A stretch of 64,000 bases of DNA from Candidatus Latescibacterota bacterium (GCA_965116875.1 OZ220733.1:2304001-2368000), one strand, 5' to 3'. Counted from the first letter of the stretch, positions 28,001 through 43,000 are shown. The notes: generated from the letters alone by a model not told the origin. A program made the numbers and translations.

Positions 28001-31000
28001 GGCCGTGACCGTGGCCTGGACCAGCGTCGACGGCACGGCAGAGGCCGGTTCGGATTACACGGCCGCCAATGGCACGCTGACGTTCAGCCCGGACGATGGG
28101 CTCAGCCAGACCATCACGGTAGCGATCGCAGACGACGACGTGGACGAGGCCGACGAGACGTTTACCGTCACCCTGAGCGAGCCGGCCAACGCGACGCTGG
28201 CTGCCGCTACGGCCACGGGCACGATCACCGACGACGACGTCCGCGGCGTGACGGTCTCTCCGACGGCGCTGACGGTGGATGAGGGCGGCGACGATTCCTA
28301 CGAGATCGCACTGACCTCGCAGCCGACCGCCGACGTGACGGTGAGCGTGGGTGCGCCCTCCGGCACGGACGTGTCGGCCGATCCTACGACCCTGTCGTTC
28401 ACCGCCGGCGACTGGAACACCCCTCAAACGGTAACCGTATCTGCGGCGGCCGACGACGACGCGACAGCCGACGAGGCCGTGACGCTGACGCACGCGGTCA
28501 GCGGCGGCGACTACGACGGCGAAAGCGCGGCCGATGTAACGGTCACGATCACCGAGACCGATACGCCGGCGCTGTCCATCTCGGACGCGACGGCCGCCGA
28601 GGGCGACGGGAGCGTGTCGTTCACGGTGAGCCTGAGCAAGGCCGGCAGCGAGGCCGTCACCGTGGCCTGGACCACCTCCGACGGCACCGCCAGCGCCGGC
28701 GAGGACTACACCGCCGCCAGTGGCACCCTGACGTTCAGCCCGGGCGAGGCGCTGATCCAGACGATCTCCGTGGCGCTCGCCGACGACGCCGTGGACGAGG
28801 CCGACGAGACGTTCACCGTCACGCTGGGCGAGCCGTCGAACGCGACCCTGGCGGCCTCCACGGCCACCGGTACCATTATAGATGACGACACCCGCGGGGT
28901 GACCGTCAGTCCGACGGCCCTGACCGTGGAGGAGGGCGGCAGCCAGACCTACACGGTGGCGCTGACCTCCCAGCCGACGGGGGACTTGACGGTGACGGTG
29001 GGCGGCGCCTCCGGGGACGTGACCGCGGACACGGATTCGGAGACGGCCGGCGACCAGGCCACGCTGACGTTCCCGGCCGGCGACTGGAACACCCCCCGGA
29101 CAGTCACCGTCAGCGCGGCCGAAGACGACGACCTGGCGGCCGACGATGCGGTGACGCTGACGCACGCGGTCAGCGGCGGCGACTACGACGGCGAGACCGC
29201 CGCCGATGTAACGGTCACGATCACCGAGACCGATACGCCGGCGCTGTCCATCTCGGACGCGACGGCCGCCGAGGGCGACGGGAGCGTGTCGTTCACGGTG
29301 AGCCTGAGCCAGGCCGGCGGCGACGCCGTGGCCGTGGCGTGGACCACCGGCGACGGGACGGCAGAGGCCGGTTCGGATTACACGGCCGCCAGTGGCACGC
29401 TGACGTTCCCCGCCGACGGTGAGACGCTGAGCCGGACGATCACGGTAGCGATCACCGACGACGACGTGGACGAAGCCGACGAGACGTTCACCGTCACGCT
29501 GAGCGAGCCCTCGAACGCGACCCTGGCGACCGCCGCGGCCACCGCCACGATCACCGACGACGACGACCGCGGCGTGACGGTCTCTCCGACGGCGCTGACG
29601 GTGGACGAGGGCGGCGACAGCTTTTACTCGGTTGTGCTGGCATCGCGGCCGACCGCCGACGTGACGGTGAGCGTGAGTGCGCCCTCCGGCACGGACGTGT
29701 CGGCCGATCCCACGACCCTGTCGTTCTCCGCCAGCACCTGGAACACCCCTCAAACGGTAACCGTATCTGCGGCGGCCGACGACGACGCGACAGCCGACGA
29801 GGCCGTGACGCTGACGCACGCGGTCAGCGGCGGCGACTACGACGGCGAGACCGCCGCCGATGTAACGGTCACGATCACCGAGACCGATACGCCGGCGCTG
29901 TCCATCTCGGACGCGACGGCCGCCGAGGGCGACGGGAGCGTGTCGTTCACGGTGAGCCTGAGCCAGGCCGGCAGCGAGGCCGTGACCGTGGCGTGGACCA
30001 CCGGCGACGGTACGGCCGACGGCGACGACTACACGGCCGCCAATGGCACGCTGACGTTCGCCGCCAACAGCGAGGCGCTGACCCAGACGATCGCGGTGGC
30101 GCTCGCCGACGACGACGTGGACGAGGCCGACGAGACGTTTACCGTCACCCTGAGCGAGCCGGCCAACGCGACGCTGGCTGCCGCTACGGCCACGGGCACG
30201 ATCACCGACGACGACGTCCGCGGCGTGACGGTCTCTCCGACGGCGCTGACGGTGGATGAGGGCGGCGACGATTCCTACGAGATCGCACTGACCTCGCAGC
30301 CGACCGCCGACGTGACGGTGAGCGTGGGTGCGCCCTCCGGCACGGACGTGTCGGCCGATCCCACGACCCTGTCGTTCACCGCCGGCGACTGGAACACCCC
30401 TCAAACGGTAACCGTATCTGCGGCGGCCGACGACGACGCGACAGCCGACGAGGCCGTGACGCTGACGCACGCGGTCAGCGGCGGCGACTACGACGGCGAA
30501 AGCGCGGCCGATGTAACGGTCACGATCACCGAGACCGATACGCCGGCGCTGTCCATCTCGGACGCGACGGCCGCCGAGGGCGACGGGAGCGTGTCGTTCA
30601 CGGTGAGCCTGAGCAAGGCCGGCAGCGAGGCCGTCACCGTGGCCTGGACCACCTCCGACGGCACCGCCAGCGCCGGGTCGGACTACACGGCCGCCAGTGG
30701 CGCCCTGACGTTTCCCGTCGACAGCGAGACGCTGAGCCGGACGATCACCGTGGCGCTCGCCGACGACGCCGTGGACGAGTCCGACGAGACGTTCACCGTC
30801 ACGCTGAGCGACCCGTCGAACGCGACCTTGGCGATCGCCACGGCCACCGCCACGATAACCGACGACGACGACCCGCCCGCGGTGAGCGTGGCCGACTCCA
30901 GCGCCGCGGAAGACGACGGCTTCATTGAGTTTGCCGTGAGCCTGAGCCAGGCCAGCGGCCGTTTTGTGACGGTGGAATGGACGACGGCAGCGGACGACGA

Positions 31001-34000
31001 AGGGGTCAGCCCGGCGACGGCGGGCGAGGATTACTTTGAGTCACTCGGTATGCTGCTATTCGAGCCGGGAAGCACGGAACAGACGATCCGCGTTCAGTTG
31101 CTGAACGACGAGGAGGCGGAAGAGACCGAGACCTTCCGGGTGGCGTTGAGCAACGCGGAGCACGCCACGCTGGAGGAAGCGGGCGCCGCGGCGGTGGGGA
31201 CGATTACCGACGCGGACGATCCCCTGGTGGTGCAAGGGCAGACCGCGGGGGTGTGCGGCCGCACCGATAAGGTGCGCGTCGCGATATTGGCAGCGGCGCC
31301 GGTGAGCGCCTGTGGTGACGTCACCTCAGACCATCTATCGGCAATCACCAGCCTGGACCTCACCAGTAATCAGATCTCGTCGCTGCAGGACGGCGACTTT
31401 GCCGGGCTGACCGGCCTGACGAGGCTTGAGCTGAACAACAACTCGCTGACCAGCCTGCCGGCTGGCATCTTCTCCGGGCTGACCAGCCTGACGTATCTCA
31501 GTCTGAACCACAATTCACTGTCCAGCCTGCCGGCCACTCTCTTTTCCGATCTGACCAACCTGACCACGCTGGTTTTCCCCAGCAACGACCTGCCTGAACG
31601 ACTGCCTGCCGGCATCTTCTCCGGGCTGACCAGCCTGCAAAACCTTCACCTGGACAACAATCAGCTACCCGTCTCTCTCAAACGGGTCGGCGAAGGTCAG
31701 TTCAAGGCCACAGTCGAAACCGGCGCGCCTTTTGCCATGACCATGACACTCACCGTCACCAACGGCACGCTCCCGACGGGCACGACCAGCATCTCGATTC
31801 CCCAGGGCAGTACGGAAAGCTCCACAACTCTCACGGTCACGCGCACGGACGGCGCCACCGGCGCCGTGACCGTGGATATCGACGTACTCCCGACGCCGGT
31901 CGGGGACACGGATACCGGTGCGGGCCACCATAACTACACGTTCGTCAAGTCCGCCGACCTGCCCATCGTGGTTCTGGACGAGCTCGGCGTGTGCGACCGC
32001 ACCGAGGAGGTGGCCGACTACCTGGTTTTCGCTACAGCTGCCTACAATTGCAGTCAAGTCACGGCTGCCCTCCTGGCAGAGATAGAGTTGGCCAGTATGG
32101 ACCTGCAGCTTGCCGGCATCTCCTCTTTGAAGTCCGGCGACTTTTCCGACTTGCCTGACCTGGAAGACATCGTCCTGAACGACAACGAGCTGACCAGCCT
32201 GCCTGCCGACGTCTTCTCCGGACTGAGCAACCTGACAGGACTCGTCCTGAACGACAACGAGCTGACCAGCCTGCCGGCCGGCGTCTTCTCCGGACTGAGC
32301 AACCTGAGAGAACTCCACCTGGAAGACAACGAGCTGACCAGCCTGCCGGCCGGCGTCTTCTCCGGACTGAGCAACCTGAGAGAACTCCACCTGAACGACA
32401 ACGAGCTGACCAGCCTGCCGGCCGGCGTCTTCTCCGGACTGAGCAACCTGACAGTGATCTACCTGTACGGCAACGACCTGACCACCTTGCCTGCCGGCGT
32501 CTTCTCCGGACTGAGCAACCTGAGAGAACTCCACCTGGAAGACAACGAGCTGACCAGCCTGCCGGCCGGCGTCTTCTCCGGACTCTCCAGCCTGGTGGAT
32601 CTCGATCTGAAGGGCAACGAAGATCTGATCAGCCTGCCGGACGGCGCCTTCTCCGGACTCACAAGCCTTGAGTCCCTCAAATTGAGCGATAACAGCCTGC
32701 CCGTTGCCCTCACACGGGTTGGCGGCGGGCAATTCAAGGCCGCCATGGCCACCGGCGCGCCCTTCGACGTCGTCCTGAACATCAGTGCGGCCGAAGGAGA
32801 CGAGTCGCTGGACGATTTCGACGTCACGATTCCCCAGGGCAGCGTGGAGAGCGAGACCATGGCCGTCCGACGCCGCGGCACGGACGTGGTGACCGTTGAC
32901 GTCACTCGTCTCCCTGGTTTCCCCAACAACAAGCATTCAGGATACCTCCTGAGCAAAGCGCCCGGCCTCCCCTTGCAGATTCACGATGCGGTGGTGCAGG
33001 CCGCGGTCGAGGTGTCGGCCTACAAGCCGGACGGCTGGATGGGCGATCCGGTGATCTGGTCGGGCAACGACGCCGTCTTCACCGTCAAGCGATGCGACCC
33101 CAGCACCGACGCGTCGCTATGCGCCGCGGGCGTCGCGTCCTCACTGAACGTGTCCATAGAGGTGTCCGGCCAGGCGAGAACCGCGACCATCCCGGCGAAT
33201 CAGTACAGCGTCGAAGTACGGGTGCCGACCACCACGGCAACGCAGGACCTCTCGGTGAACCTCGTGGCCGCCGCCGGCTACGTCATGGATCCCTACCGCA
33301 CACAGGTTCGCGTGGACGTCCATGACGCGCCTTCCAGCACCTTCTTCCTCTCCGGGACGCCCGAACCGGTGGTGGAAGGCGCGGCCATCGACTTCACCGT
33401 GCAGCGCTGCCGCTACCTCGAATCGGTCTGCTTCGACGAGGACCTGCCCGAGCAGACCATCAACCTGTCCGTGACCGATCAGGGCAACTTCATCAGCGGC
33501 ACGCCGCCGGCGACGCTGACCTTTGCCGCCGGCGCCGTCAGCAATACCCTGACGGTCTCCACGCTGGACGACGTGGTGGATGAGGACGACGGCTCGGTCA
33601 CCGTCGCCGTCGGGGCGAGCGACGCGACCACCGGCGCCTACCAGGTCGGCGCCCCGAACAGCGCCACCGTCGCGGTCACCGACGACGACGCGGGCCTGGT
33701 GCTCGCCGTCAATGACACGACGGCCGCCGAAGCGGACGGCTACATCGACTTCACGGTGACGTTGACAAAGCCCGGGGACACCAACGATACCGAGCGCACG
33801 GTGACGGTCGATTACGCCACCGCCTCGGGCACGGCCGTGGAGGACGAGGACTTCCTCGCGGCAAGCGGCACCCTGACGCTGGATCGCGCGACGCCCGGCA
33901 AAACAGTGCGCGTGTCCCTGGTGGCAGACACCCACGAGGAGCCGCGGGAGACCTTCACCCTGACCCTGCGCAACGCGGTGAACGCCACCCTCGAAGGCGG

Positions 34001-37000
34001 CGAGATCACCCTCGCGGTCACCGGCACTATCGAGGCCAACGAAGCCTTGACCGGCGTGCCGGTCACGATGACCGCTCCCGAACACGTCACGGAAGGCGAG
34101 GACGCCGTCTTCACGCTGACCCGTAGCGGCAACACCACCGCACCGCTGGTGGTGGAGGTGGAGGTGCAACGGTTGAGGGCGAGCTTCCCGACCGGCGATG
34201 CGGTCCCGCACGCGGTGTTCTTCCCGGCCAATCAGACCGCGGCCACGCTGACCGTACTGAGCGTCGAGGACAACGACAGTCTCGATCCCGACCGAACGCT
34301 CACCGCCCGCCTGACGCACGAGACGGGTAACGTCCGGCGCGTGCCCATCCACGACAACGACCCGCCCGAGATTTCCATCCGGGGGACCGGATACAAGCCG
34401 GACGGCTGGACCGGGCATCCCGTCGCTTGGGAAGGCAATGAGGCCTTCTTCATCCTCGAGCGCTGCGACCCGGCCACGGACCGCTGCGAAGGGTTCTGGA
34501 CGCCGGAGGAATTGACCGTGAGGGTCACGGGAATCGGGAGTGGAGTCGGCGTCACCGAGGTAACCTTCCCCCGCGGCGTCTTCTCCACCGAGGTGAGTCG
34601 CCAGACCTACGAGGCGGAAAGCCGGGGGTTGCAGGGCTATGCCACCGCGTTCGTGCAGACGGGCGAGGGGTACACGCCCGCGCCCGACGCCAGAGTCGCC
34701 GACGTCCTGGTGTACGACGTGCATCCCCAGACCGTCAGGTTGTATGGCTTTCCCAACCCGGTCCCGGAAGGGACGTTGCTGAACTACCACCTCGAGCGTT
34801 GCCGCGCCATCGAATCGGTCTGTTTCGACGAGGACCTGCCGGCACTGACCGTGAACCTGTCGGTGACGGAGGAAGGCAGCTTCATCAGCGGCACGCCGGC
34901 GGCGACGCTGACCTTCCGGGAAAACGCCCTCTACAACATCTATACGGTGCGGACTGTCGACGACGCCGTAGCCGAAGACGACGGGTCGGTGACCGTGGCC
35001 ATCGCGGACAGCACCGCGACCTCCGGCCCCTACCTGATCCACGCCACCGAAAGCGCTCACACCATCGCGGTCACCGACAACGACGACCAGCCCCGCATCG
35101 GCATCGAAGACGCCGCCGCCGGCGAGAGCGACGGGTCGATCACCTTCCCGGTGACCCTGAAGATCCCCGACGGCACGGACTACTCCGACCAGACCGTGAC
35201 CGTGCAATACGCCACCGCCAGCGGCACGGCCACACAGGGCACGGACTACACCGCGGCCAGCGGCACCCTGACCTTCGCGCCCCGGGAGACCGAAAAGTCC
35301 ATTTCCGTGACCGTGACCGCCGACGTCCTCTCCGAGGTCGACGAGACCTTCACCCTGACCCTGAGCAACGCGAACAACGCCGGCCTGTCCGGCGGCGGGG
35401 CCACCCTCGCCGCCACCGGCACCATCGTCGATGACGATCTGGCCCACGTGAGCATTGCCGCGGACGCGGCGGCGGTGATCGAGGGTCAGGCCGCGGCTTT
35501 CACCCTGACCCGCAGCGCCAATTCGACCGGCGCGCTGACCGTGGACGTGGAAGTGACCACCGAAGACGACCCGCACGGCGACCTGCTGCTCGGCGCCGCG
35601 CCGACCTCGGCCGCGTTCGAGGCCGGGAAAACCGAAGCGGCCCTCAACGTCTTCACCGCCGACAACAGCAGAGTCCAGTACAACCGCGCCGTAAAGGTGA
35701 CGATCGAACCGCGCGGCGACACCGACTACACCCTCGTCGCCGACGCCAGCGCGGCCAGCGTCGCGGTGCGCGACAACGAAAAGCCCCATGTCACCGTGAC
35801 CAACTACACCCCTGTTGTCAACGGCCGGCCCCGCCGGTTGACCGAGGGAGACCCGGTCGAGTTGAAACTCAAGCGCGTCGGCGACCTCACGGCGGCGCTG
35901 ACCGTGCCGCTGGAGTGGGCCATCGAGCGCTCCGAGGGCCTGGGCCGGAACTGGGAGAGTTACTTTTCCACGCCGCGGCCGCAGACCGCCACGTTCCCCG
36001 CGGGCGAGTCGAGGGTCACGGTGACGGTGCCCACCGACGACGACAATCTCGACGAGCTGGATATCGTCATCAGCGGCGGCCCCCCGAACCCCGATGGCGA
36101 TCCCCAGCTGAAGCTGCTCTACACCTCGGACTGGCGCAGGAGAACAGCCGAATTCCGCATCCAGGACGACGACGGCCCGCAGGTGACCGTCAGGGCGCGT
36201 ACCACGCCGGTGGCCGAAAGCGCGGACGCGGTGTTCAACCTGACCCGCACCTCGGACTCGGGCGAGATGCCGGTGCAGGTGACGCTCGCCCAGACCGGCG
36301 ACTTCCTCGCCTCGACGACGACCCCCGTCACGGTCACCTTCGCCGCGGGGGATCTCGACACGACGCTGACCGTCTCCCTCGACGACGACGATCTCGACGA
36401 GGACGAGGGCTCGGTCACCGCCACCCTTGTCGAGGGCGACGCGTACGAAATCGGCGATCGGTCCAGCGCCACGGTGGTCGTCACCGACGACGACGACGCG
36501 CAACGCGTGACCATCGCCGCGGCCTCGACCGGCAGCGTGGTGGAAGGGGGCAACGCGGTCTTCACGCTGACGCGCCGCACCGTCAGGAACGGTCAGGAGG
36601 TCGATGAATCGAGAGAGAAACTGATCGTCAACGTGACCGTGTCTCAGAAGGGGGACTTCCTCACGGCGTCGCCGCCGGCCCGGGCGGTCTTCCCTGTCGG
36701 CGACAACGAGGTCACGCTGCGGGTGCCGACGGTCAAGGACTACGTCGCCGACGGCACCGGCTCGGTTATCGTCACCCTCGCCGAAGGGGCCGGTTACGGC
36801 ATCCCCGCGGCCGGGCAGACCGGGCGCAAAGCCACCGTCACCGTCACCGACGACAACCAGGGACAGGAGGTGCGCATCGCCGCGGCCGCGGCCAGCGTCG
36901 CCGAGGGCCAGCCGGTCGTCTTTACCCTGACCCGGAGCGTTTTCACGCGCGCCCGGAGCCTCTCCGGCGAACTCAGGGTGAGCGTGGACCTGAGCGACCC

Positions 37001-40000
37001 CGACGACATCCTCAGCGGCACGCCCACCACGGCCACCGCGGTCTTCAACCACGGGTCCGCGCGGACCACCCTCAGCCTGCCGACGACCGACAACGCTTAC
37101 GTCCAGGATGACCCGAGGGTGACCGCCACCCTCGCCGAGCAGAGAGGCTATCGCGTGCCCCCGGCCGATCAGACCGGGCGCAAAGCCACCGTGCGGGTCA
37201 ACGACAACGACGGCAGGGTCAGGGTCTCCATTTCCAGCAACGCGGCGCAGGTCACCGAAGGCGACGACGTGGTCTTCACCCTGAATCGCAGCGGCGACCC
37301 CTCGGGGCGGCTGCAGGTGCTCCTCTATCTGGGCGGGCACGTGAAGATCATGACCGAGGGGACCCTTGAAAAAAGGTTCAAGCGGTTCATAGCCAACTTC
37401 GACGCCGACCAGTCCAGCTTCGACCTGCGCTATACCACCGAGGCGGACGAGAAGAACGAAGGGGACGGCAAGATCTTCCTGCAGATCAAGACCTCGCCCA
37501 CGGGGTCGTACACGGTCAGCGGGTCGCGCAGCAGGACCGTCATCGTCAAGGACGACGACTATCCCGTGCTGACGATGAAGGAGAGCGCGCTGACCATCGA
37601 CGAAGGGTCGCCGATGGGCTGGACAATGGTCCGCACGGGCGATCTGTCCGCTCGGCTGTACATTGGCTGGGGGTTTTCCATTACCCGCAATCATTACGTC
37701 CATAAGGACCGCTTAAAAAGATACTTGGTGAGAGACACTGACGAACCCGGTACCGACCCGAGTTCTTGGTACTTTGCTAACGGTGCATCAGAGCGCTCTT
37801 TCTTACAATATCCCACCGGATTATATAACTATGTCGGCCCCGAGGGCGGAACGGCAATCTATACAATCCTGGACGACGGTTGTGACGAAACAACGGAATA
37901 CTGTGAAAACCCGGGTTACACCATCGGGGAACCGAGCGCCACCACAATCACCATCAACAACATATACGCCGCGGTCTTCATCCGGCCGGTCAGCGCGTCG
38001 GTCAACGAGGGCGATCCGGCCACCTTCACCCTCGAGCGGCGGTGGAACTCGAACAACATCAAAAAGAAGCACACGGACGTCACCATCCGCGTCACCCAGA
38101 CCGGCAGCGTCATCAGCGGCACCCCGCCCACCACCCAGCGCCTCGAGATCGGCGACAGCGAGGCCACCCTGAGCATTCCCACGCTGGAGGACGTGGTCAA
38201 GGAGGACGACGGCGCCGTCACCGTCGAGATCCTCAGCCCCGGCCCGCTGGACGAGCAGACCGACAACACCGCCTACTATCCGGCGGGCACGGTTGACGGC
38301 GTGAACTACAGCCGCGCCACCGTGACCGTGCGGGACGACGACCAGGTTCCCACGGTGACCGTGCGGGCGCTCGCCGAGTCGGTGGAGGAAGGGGAGACCA
38401 TCCGCTTCGAGTTCGCCCGCACCGGCGCCGCCGACGAGGCGATGAAGTTCAAATTCAAGGTGGATCGCATCTACGATTACTTCTATGGCTTTCCCGGCAC
38501 GAGCACGGCGACCTGGACCTGGCCGGCCGGCGATTCGAAGTTCACCTATACGCTGCGGACCGCAGACAGGCCGGACATCGATCCCGACGGCGCGGCGGTC
38601 GTGACGGTGCTGGCGCCCGGGGAAGACACGGATGAATTCCCGGTACAGTACCTCGTCGGCGACCCCAGCGTGGCCCGCACCGAGATACGCAACAACGACG
38701 CCGCCCGCATGTCCATTGCGGCCACGCCGGAGCGGATATCCGAAGGCGAGACCGCGGTCTTCACCGTCACCCGCACCGGCGTCACCGACCGGGCGCATAC
38801 CGTGCTGGTGTCCATCGACGACCCGGACAAACTCGCCGCGGTCGCCCTGCCCACCTCGGTTTCGTTCAGCATCGGCGAGACCGAGAAGACGGCGATTTTC
38901 TCCACCATCGCTCCGGACCCCATCCGCCAGGGCGACCGCACCATAACGGCGACCGTGAAGCTCGATCACAACTTCGAGCCGCCCGAGGGCTCCATCCCGC
39001 CGGACTACCGCTTTCCGACCTACCTGCTCGGCGATCCATCCAGCGCCACGGTGACGGTAGCCGATGCGCCCTTGCCGACCCTTACCGTCTCCGACACCAG
39101 CGCGAGTGAGGCCGACGGCAACCTCACCTTCACCGTGACGGCCGGCGGCTTCCGCTACGGCGCGATTACGCTCGACTACACCACCACCGGCGGCACGGCC
39201 GCACAGGGCACGGACTACACGGCCACGTCCGGCGCGCTGACCATCGCCACCACGGAAACGGAAAAGACGATCGCGGTGCCGGTGACCGACGACGCGCTCG
39301 CCGAGGCCGAAGAGACCTTCACCCTGACCCTGAGCAACGCGGCGAAGGCCGTCTTCGAAGGCGGCGGCGCAACCCTTGACGCCACCGGCGCCATCGAGGA
39401 CGACGAGGTGCTGCAGGTGGCGATCGCGGCCGCGGAGGAAACCGTGATCGAGGGATCGGATGCGCGCTTCACCCTGTCGGTGAGCGGCGCCACCTCCACC
39501 GGGGACGTCGAGGTGGGGTACACCCTGTCCGGCACGGCCACGGCCGGCGCCGACTACACCGCCCCCGACGGCGCCTTCACCATCGACGCGGGCCAGACCG
39601 GCGGCACCCTCGCCATCCCCATGCTCAATGACGGCGAGCGCGAGTTCGAGGAAACCCTGATCGCCACCCTGAACTCGGCCAGCAACGTCGCCGAGGTGCA
39701 ACTGGCCGCGACCAGGGCGACGGTGAAGATCAGGGACGCCTCGACCCGGATTTTCCTGTCCCTGGACCGCGCCTCGGTGGCGGAGAACGACGAGGACAAG
39801 ACCGTGCGGGTGAGCGCGGCCGTGAACGCGTCCCTGCTCCCGACGCCGACCACGGTGCGGGTCTCGGTGGCCGGCGGCACGGCCACGGCCGCGGACTTTG
39901 CCGCGGTGAGCAGCTTCGACGTCACCATTCCCGCCGAGACGCGCGAGGGTAGCGGCGCCTTCACGCTGTCGCCGGTAGATGACGCGGTGGATGAGGAGGA

Positions 40001-43000
40001 CGAGACGATCACCGTCAGCGGCGAAGTTACCAGCCTGACACCGGGGCGGTCTCCCCCGCTGACGGTGACGTCGGCGGACCTGATCCTGACCGACGATGAT
40101 GATCGCAAGGTGGTCGTGACGCCGTCCGAGCTGACGATCGACGAAGGCGGCCGCGGCTCCTACGGCATCCGGTTGGCTTCGCAGCCGACCGAAAACGTGA
40201 CGGTGACGGTAGGCGGCGCCTCGGGGGACGTGTCGCCGACCCCCACCACGCTGACCTTCACCGCGGCGAACTACCAGACGCCGCAGCCGGTCGTCGTGAC
40301 CGCGGCGCCGGACGAAGACGTGGTGGCGGACCCGGACGTGACCCTGACGCACTCGGTCAGCAGCTCGGGCGACTACAACGGCCTGACCGCCTCATCTGTA
40401 ACAGTGACCATCACCGAGACCGACGAGCGGGGGGTGACCGTCCGTCCGACCGAACTGACCGTGGATGAGGGAGGCAGCAATACCTACACGGTGGTGCTGA
40501 CCTCGCAGCCGACGGGGGACGTGACGGTGACGGTGGGCGGCATCTCCGGGGACGTGAGTGTGAGCGGTCCGCCGCTGACGTTCACGGCGAGCGACTGGGA
40601 CGACGCGCAGATCGTAACCGTCCGCGCCGCCGAGGACGACGATGCCCTGGCCGACCCCAAGGTGATCTTGACGCATACGGTGGCCGGGGCGGACTATGGG
40701 TCCAACTCGGTGACGGCGGACGACGTGGTGGTGACGGTTGCCGAGAACGACACGCCCACCCTGGCCATTTCCGATACCAGCGCGGCCGAGGATGCGGGCA
40801 GCCTGGTCTTCCGGGTGACCTTGAGTCAGGCCACGAGCCAGACGGTGACGGTGACCTACTCGACCGCCAACGGCACCGCCACGGCCGGGTCGGACTACAC
40901 CGCGGTGACGAACGGGACGCTCACGTTCAGCCCTGGGGGTGGGCTGAGCCAGACGCTGACGGTGAGTGTGGCCGACGATGACGTGGACGAAGCTAACGAG
41001 ACGTTCACGGTGGCGCTGAAGAATCCGCAGAACGCGACCCTGGCCGATGCGGCGGCCACCGGCACGATCGAGGACGACGACGGGCGGGGCGTGACGGTCA
41101 GCTCGGCGACGCTGGCGGTGCCGGAGGGGGGCAGCAATACCTACACGGTGGTGCTGGACTCGGAGCCGACGGAGGACGTGACGGTGACCGTGGGCGGGGC
41201 GTCGGGGGACGTGACGGCCGACGTGGATACGGGCACTTCCGGCGACCAGACCGTCATGACCTTCACGCCGTCGAACTGGAGCACGGCGCAGACGGTGACG
41301 GTGAGCGCCGCCGAGGACGCCGACGCGGTGGTCGATGAGGTGACGCTGACGCACGCGGTCAGCAGCAGCGGGGACTACAGCGGCGAGACGGCCTCGTCCG
41401 TGGCGGTGACCGTCACCGAGAATGACAAGCCGGCGCTGTCGATTGCGGATACGACGGCGGCGGAAGATGATGGGGACATGGTCTTCCGGGTGAGTATGAG
41501 CACGGCCAGCAGCAAGACGGTGACGGTGAGCTACTCGACCGCCAACGGCACGGCCGCGGCGGGATCGGACTACACCACGGTCTCGAACGGGACGCTCACC
41601 TTCAGCCCCGGCGGGTCCCTCAGTCAGACGGTGAGCGTGAGCGTGACCGACGACGCCGTCGTCGAAGGGAACGAGACGTTCACGGTGACGCTGAAGAATC
41701 CGCAGAACGCGACCCTGGCCGATGCGACGGCGACCGGCACGATCGAGGATGACGACGCGGCGTCGTTCTCGCTGTCGGTGAGTTCGTCGGCGGTGGCCGA
41801 GGACGGGGGGACCTCGACGGTGACGGTGTCCACGGGTGGGGTGAGTTTTCTGGCGGACACCACCTTTACGCTGACGCTGGGCGGCACGGCCACCAAGGGC
41901 ACGGACTACACGGTGGGTTCCGAGAGCCTGGAGCTGACGGCCGGCCAGACCTCGGTGACGACGACGGTCACGGCGACCGACGACGACGTAGATGAGGCCG
42001 ACGAGACGGTCACGGTGTCGGCGAGCCTGGGCGGGAGCACGGTCGGTTCGCAGAAGACGGTGACGATCACCGACGACGACGGACGGGGGGTGACCATCAG
42101 CAAGGCGACGCTGGCGGTGCCGGAGGGAGGCAGCAGCACGTACACGGTGGTGCTGGACTCCGAGCCGACGGAGGAAGTGACGGTGACCGTGGGCGGCGCC
42201 TCCGGGGACGTGAGCGTGGACGTGGATACGGAAGGCGACCAGACCGCGATGACGTTCACCGCCGACGACTGGGACGACGCGCAGACGGTGACGGTGAGCG
42301 CGGCCGAGGACGCCGACGCGCTGGCCGATGAGGTGACGCTGACGCATACGGTCAGCAGCACGGGCGACTACAGCGGCGAGACGGCCTCGTCCGTGGCGGT
42401 GACCGTCACCGAGAATGACAAGCCGGCGCTGTCGATTGCGGATACGACGGCGGCGGAAGATGATGGGGACATGGTCTTCCGGGTGAGTATGAGCACGGCC
42501 AGCAGCAAGACGGTGACGGTGAGCTACTCGACCGCCAACGGCACGGCCGCGGCGGGATCGGACTACACCACGGTCTCGAACGGGACGCTCACCTTCAGCC
42601 CCGGCGGGTCCCTCAGTCAGACGGTGAGCGTGAGCGTGACCGACGACGCCGTCGTCGAAGGGAACGAGACGTTCACGGTGACGCTGAAGAATCCGCAGAA
42701 CGCGACCCTGGCCGATGCGACGGCGACCGGCACGATCGAGGATGACGACGCGGCGTCGTTCTCGCTGTCGGTGAGTTCGTCGGCGGTGGCCGAGGACGGG
42801 GGGACCTCGACGGTGACGGTGTCCACGGGCGGGGTGAGTTTTCTGGCGGACACCACCTTTACGCTGACGCTGGGCGGCACGGCCACCAAGGGCACGGACT
42901 ACACGGTGGGTTCCGAGAGCCTGGAGCTGACGGCCGGCCAGACCTCGGTGACGACGACGGTCACGGCGACCGACGACGACGTAGATGAGGCCGACGAGAC

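Noticed and set aside
32170-32600. CRISPR-like repeat/spacer periodicity
   Set aside because: In-frame 72-bp coding LRR repeats; the variable part is short and re-used; no cas genes.
37660-37965. DGR variable region
   Set aside because: No reverse transcriptase or template repeat is visible in the window, and the patch is internal rather than C-terminal.
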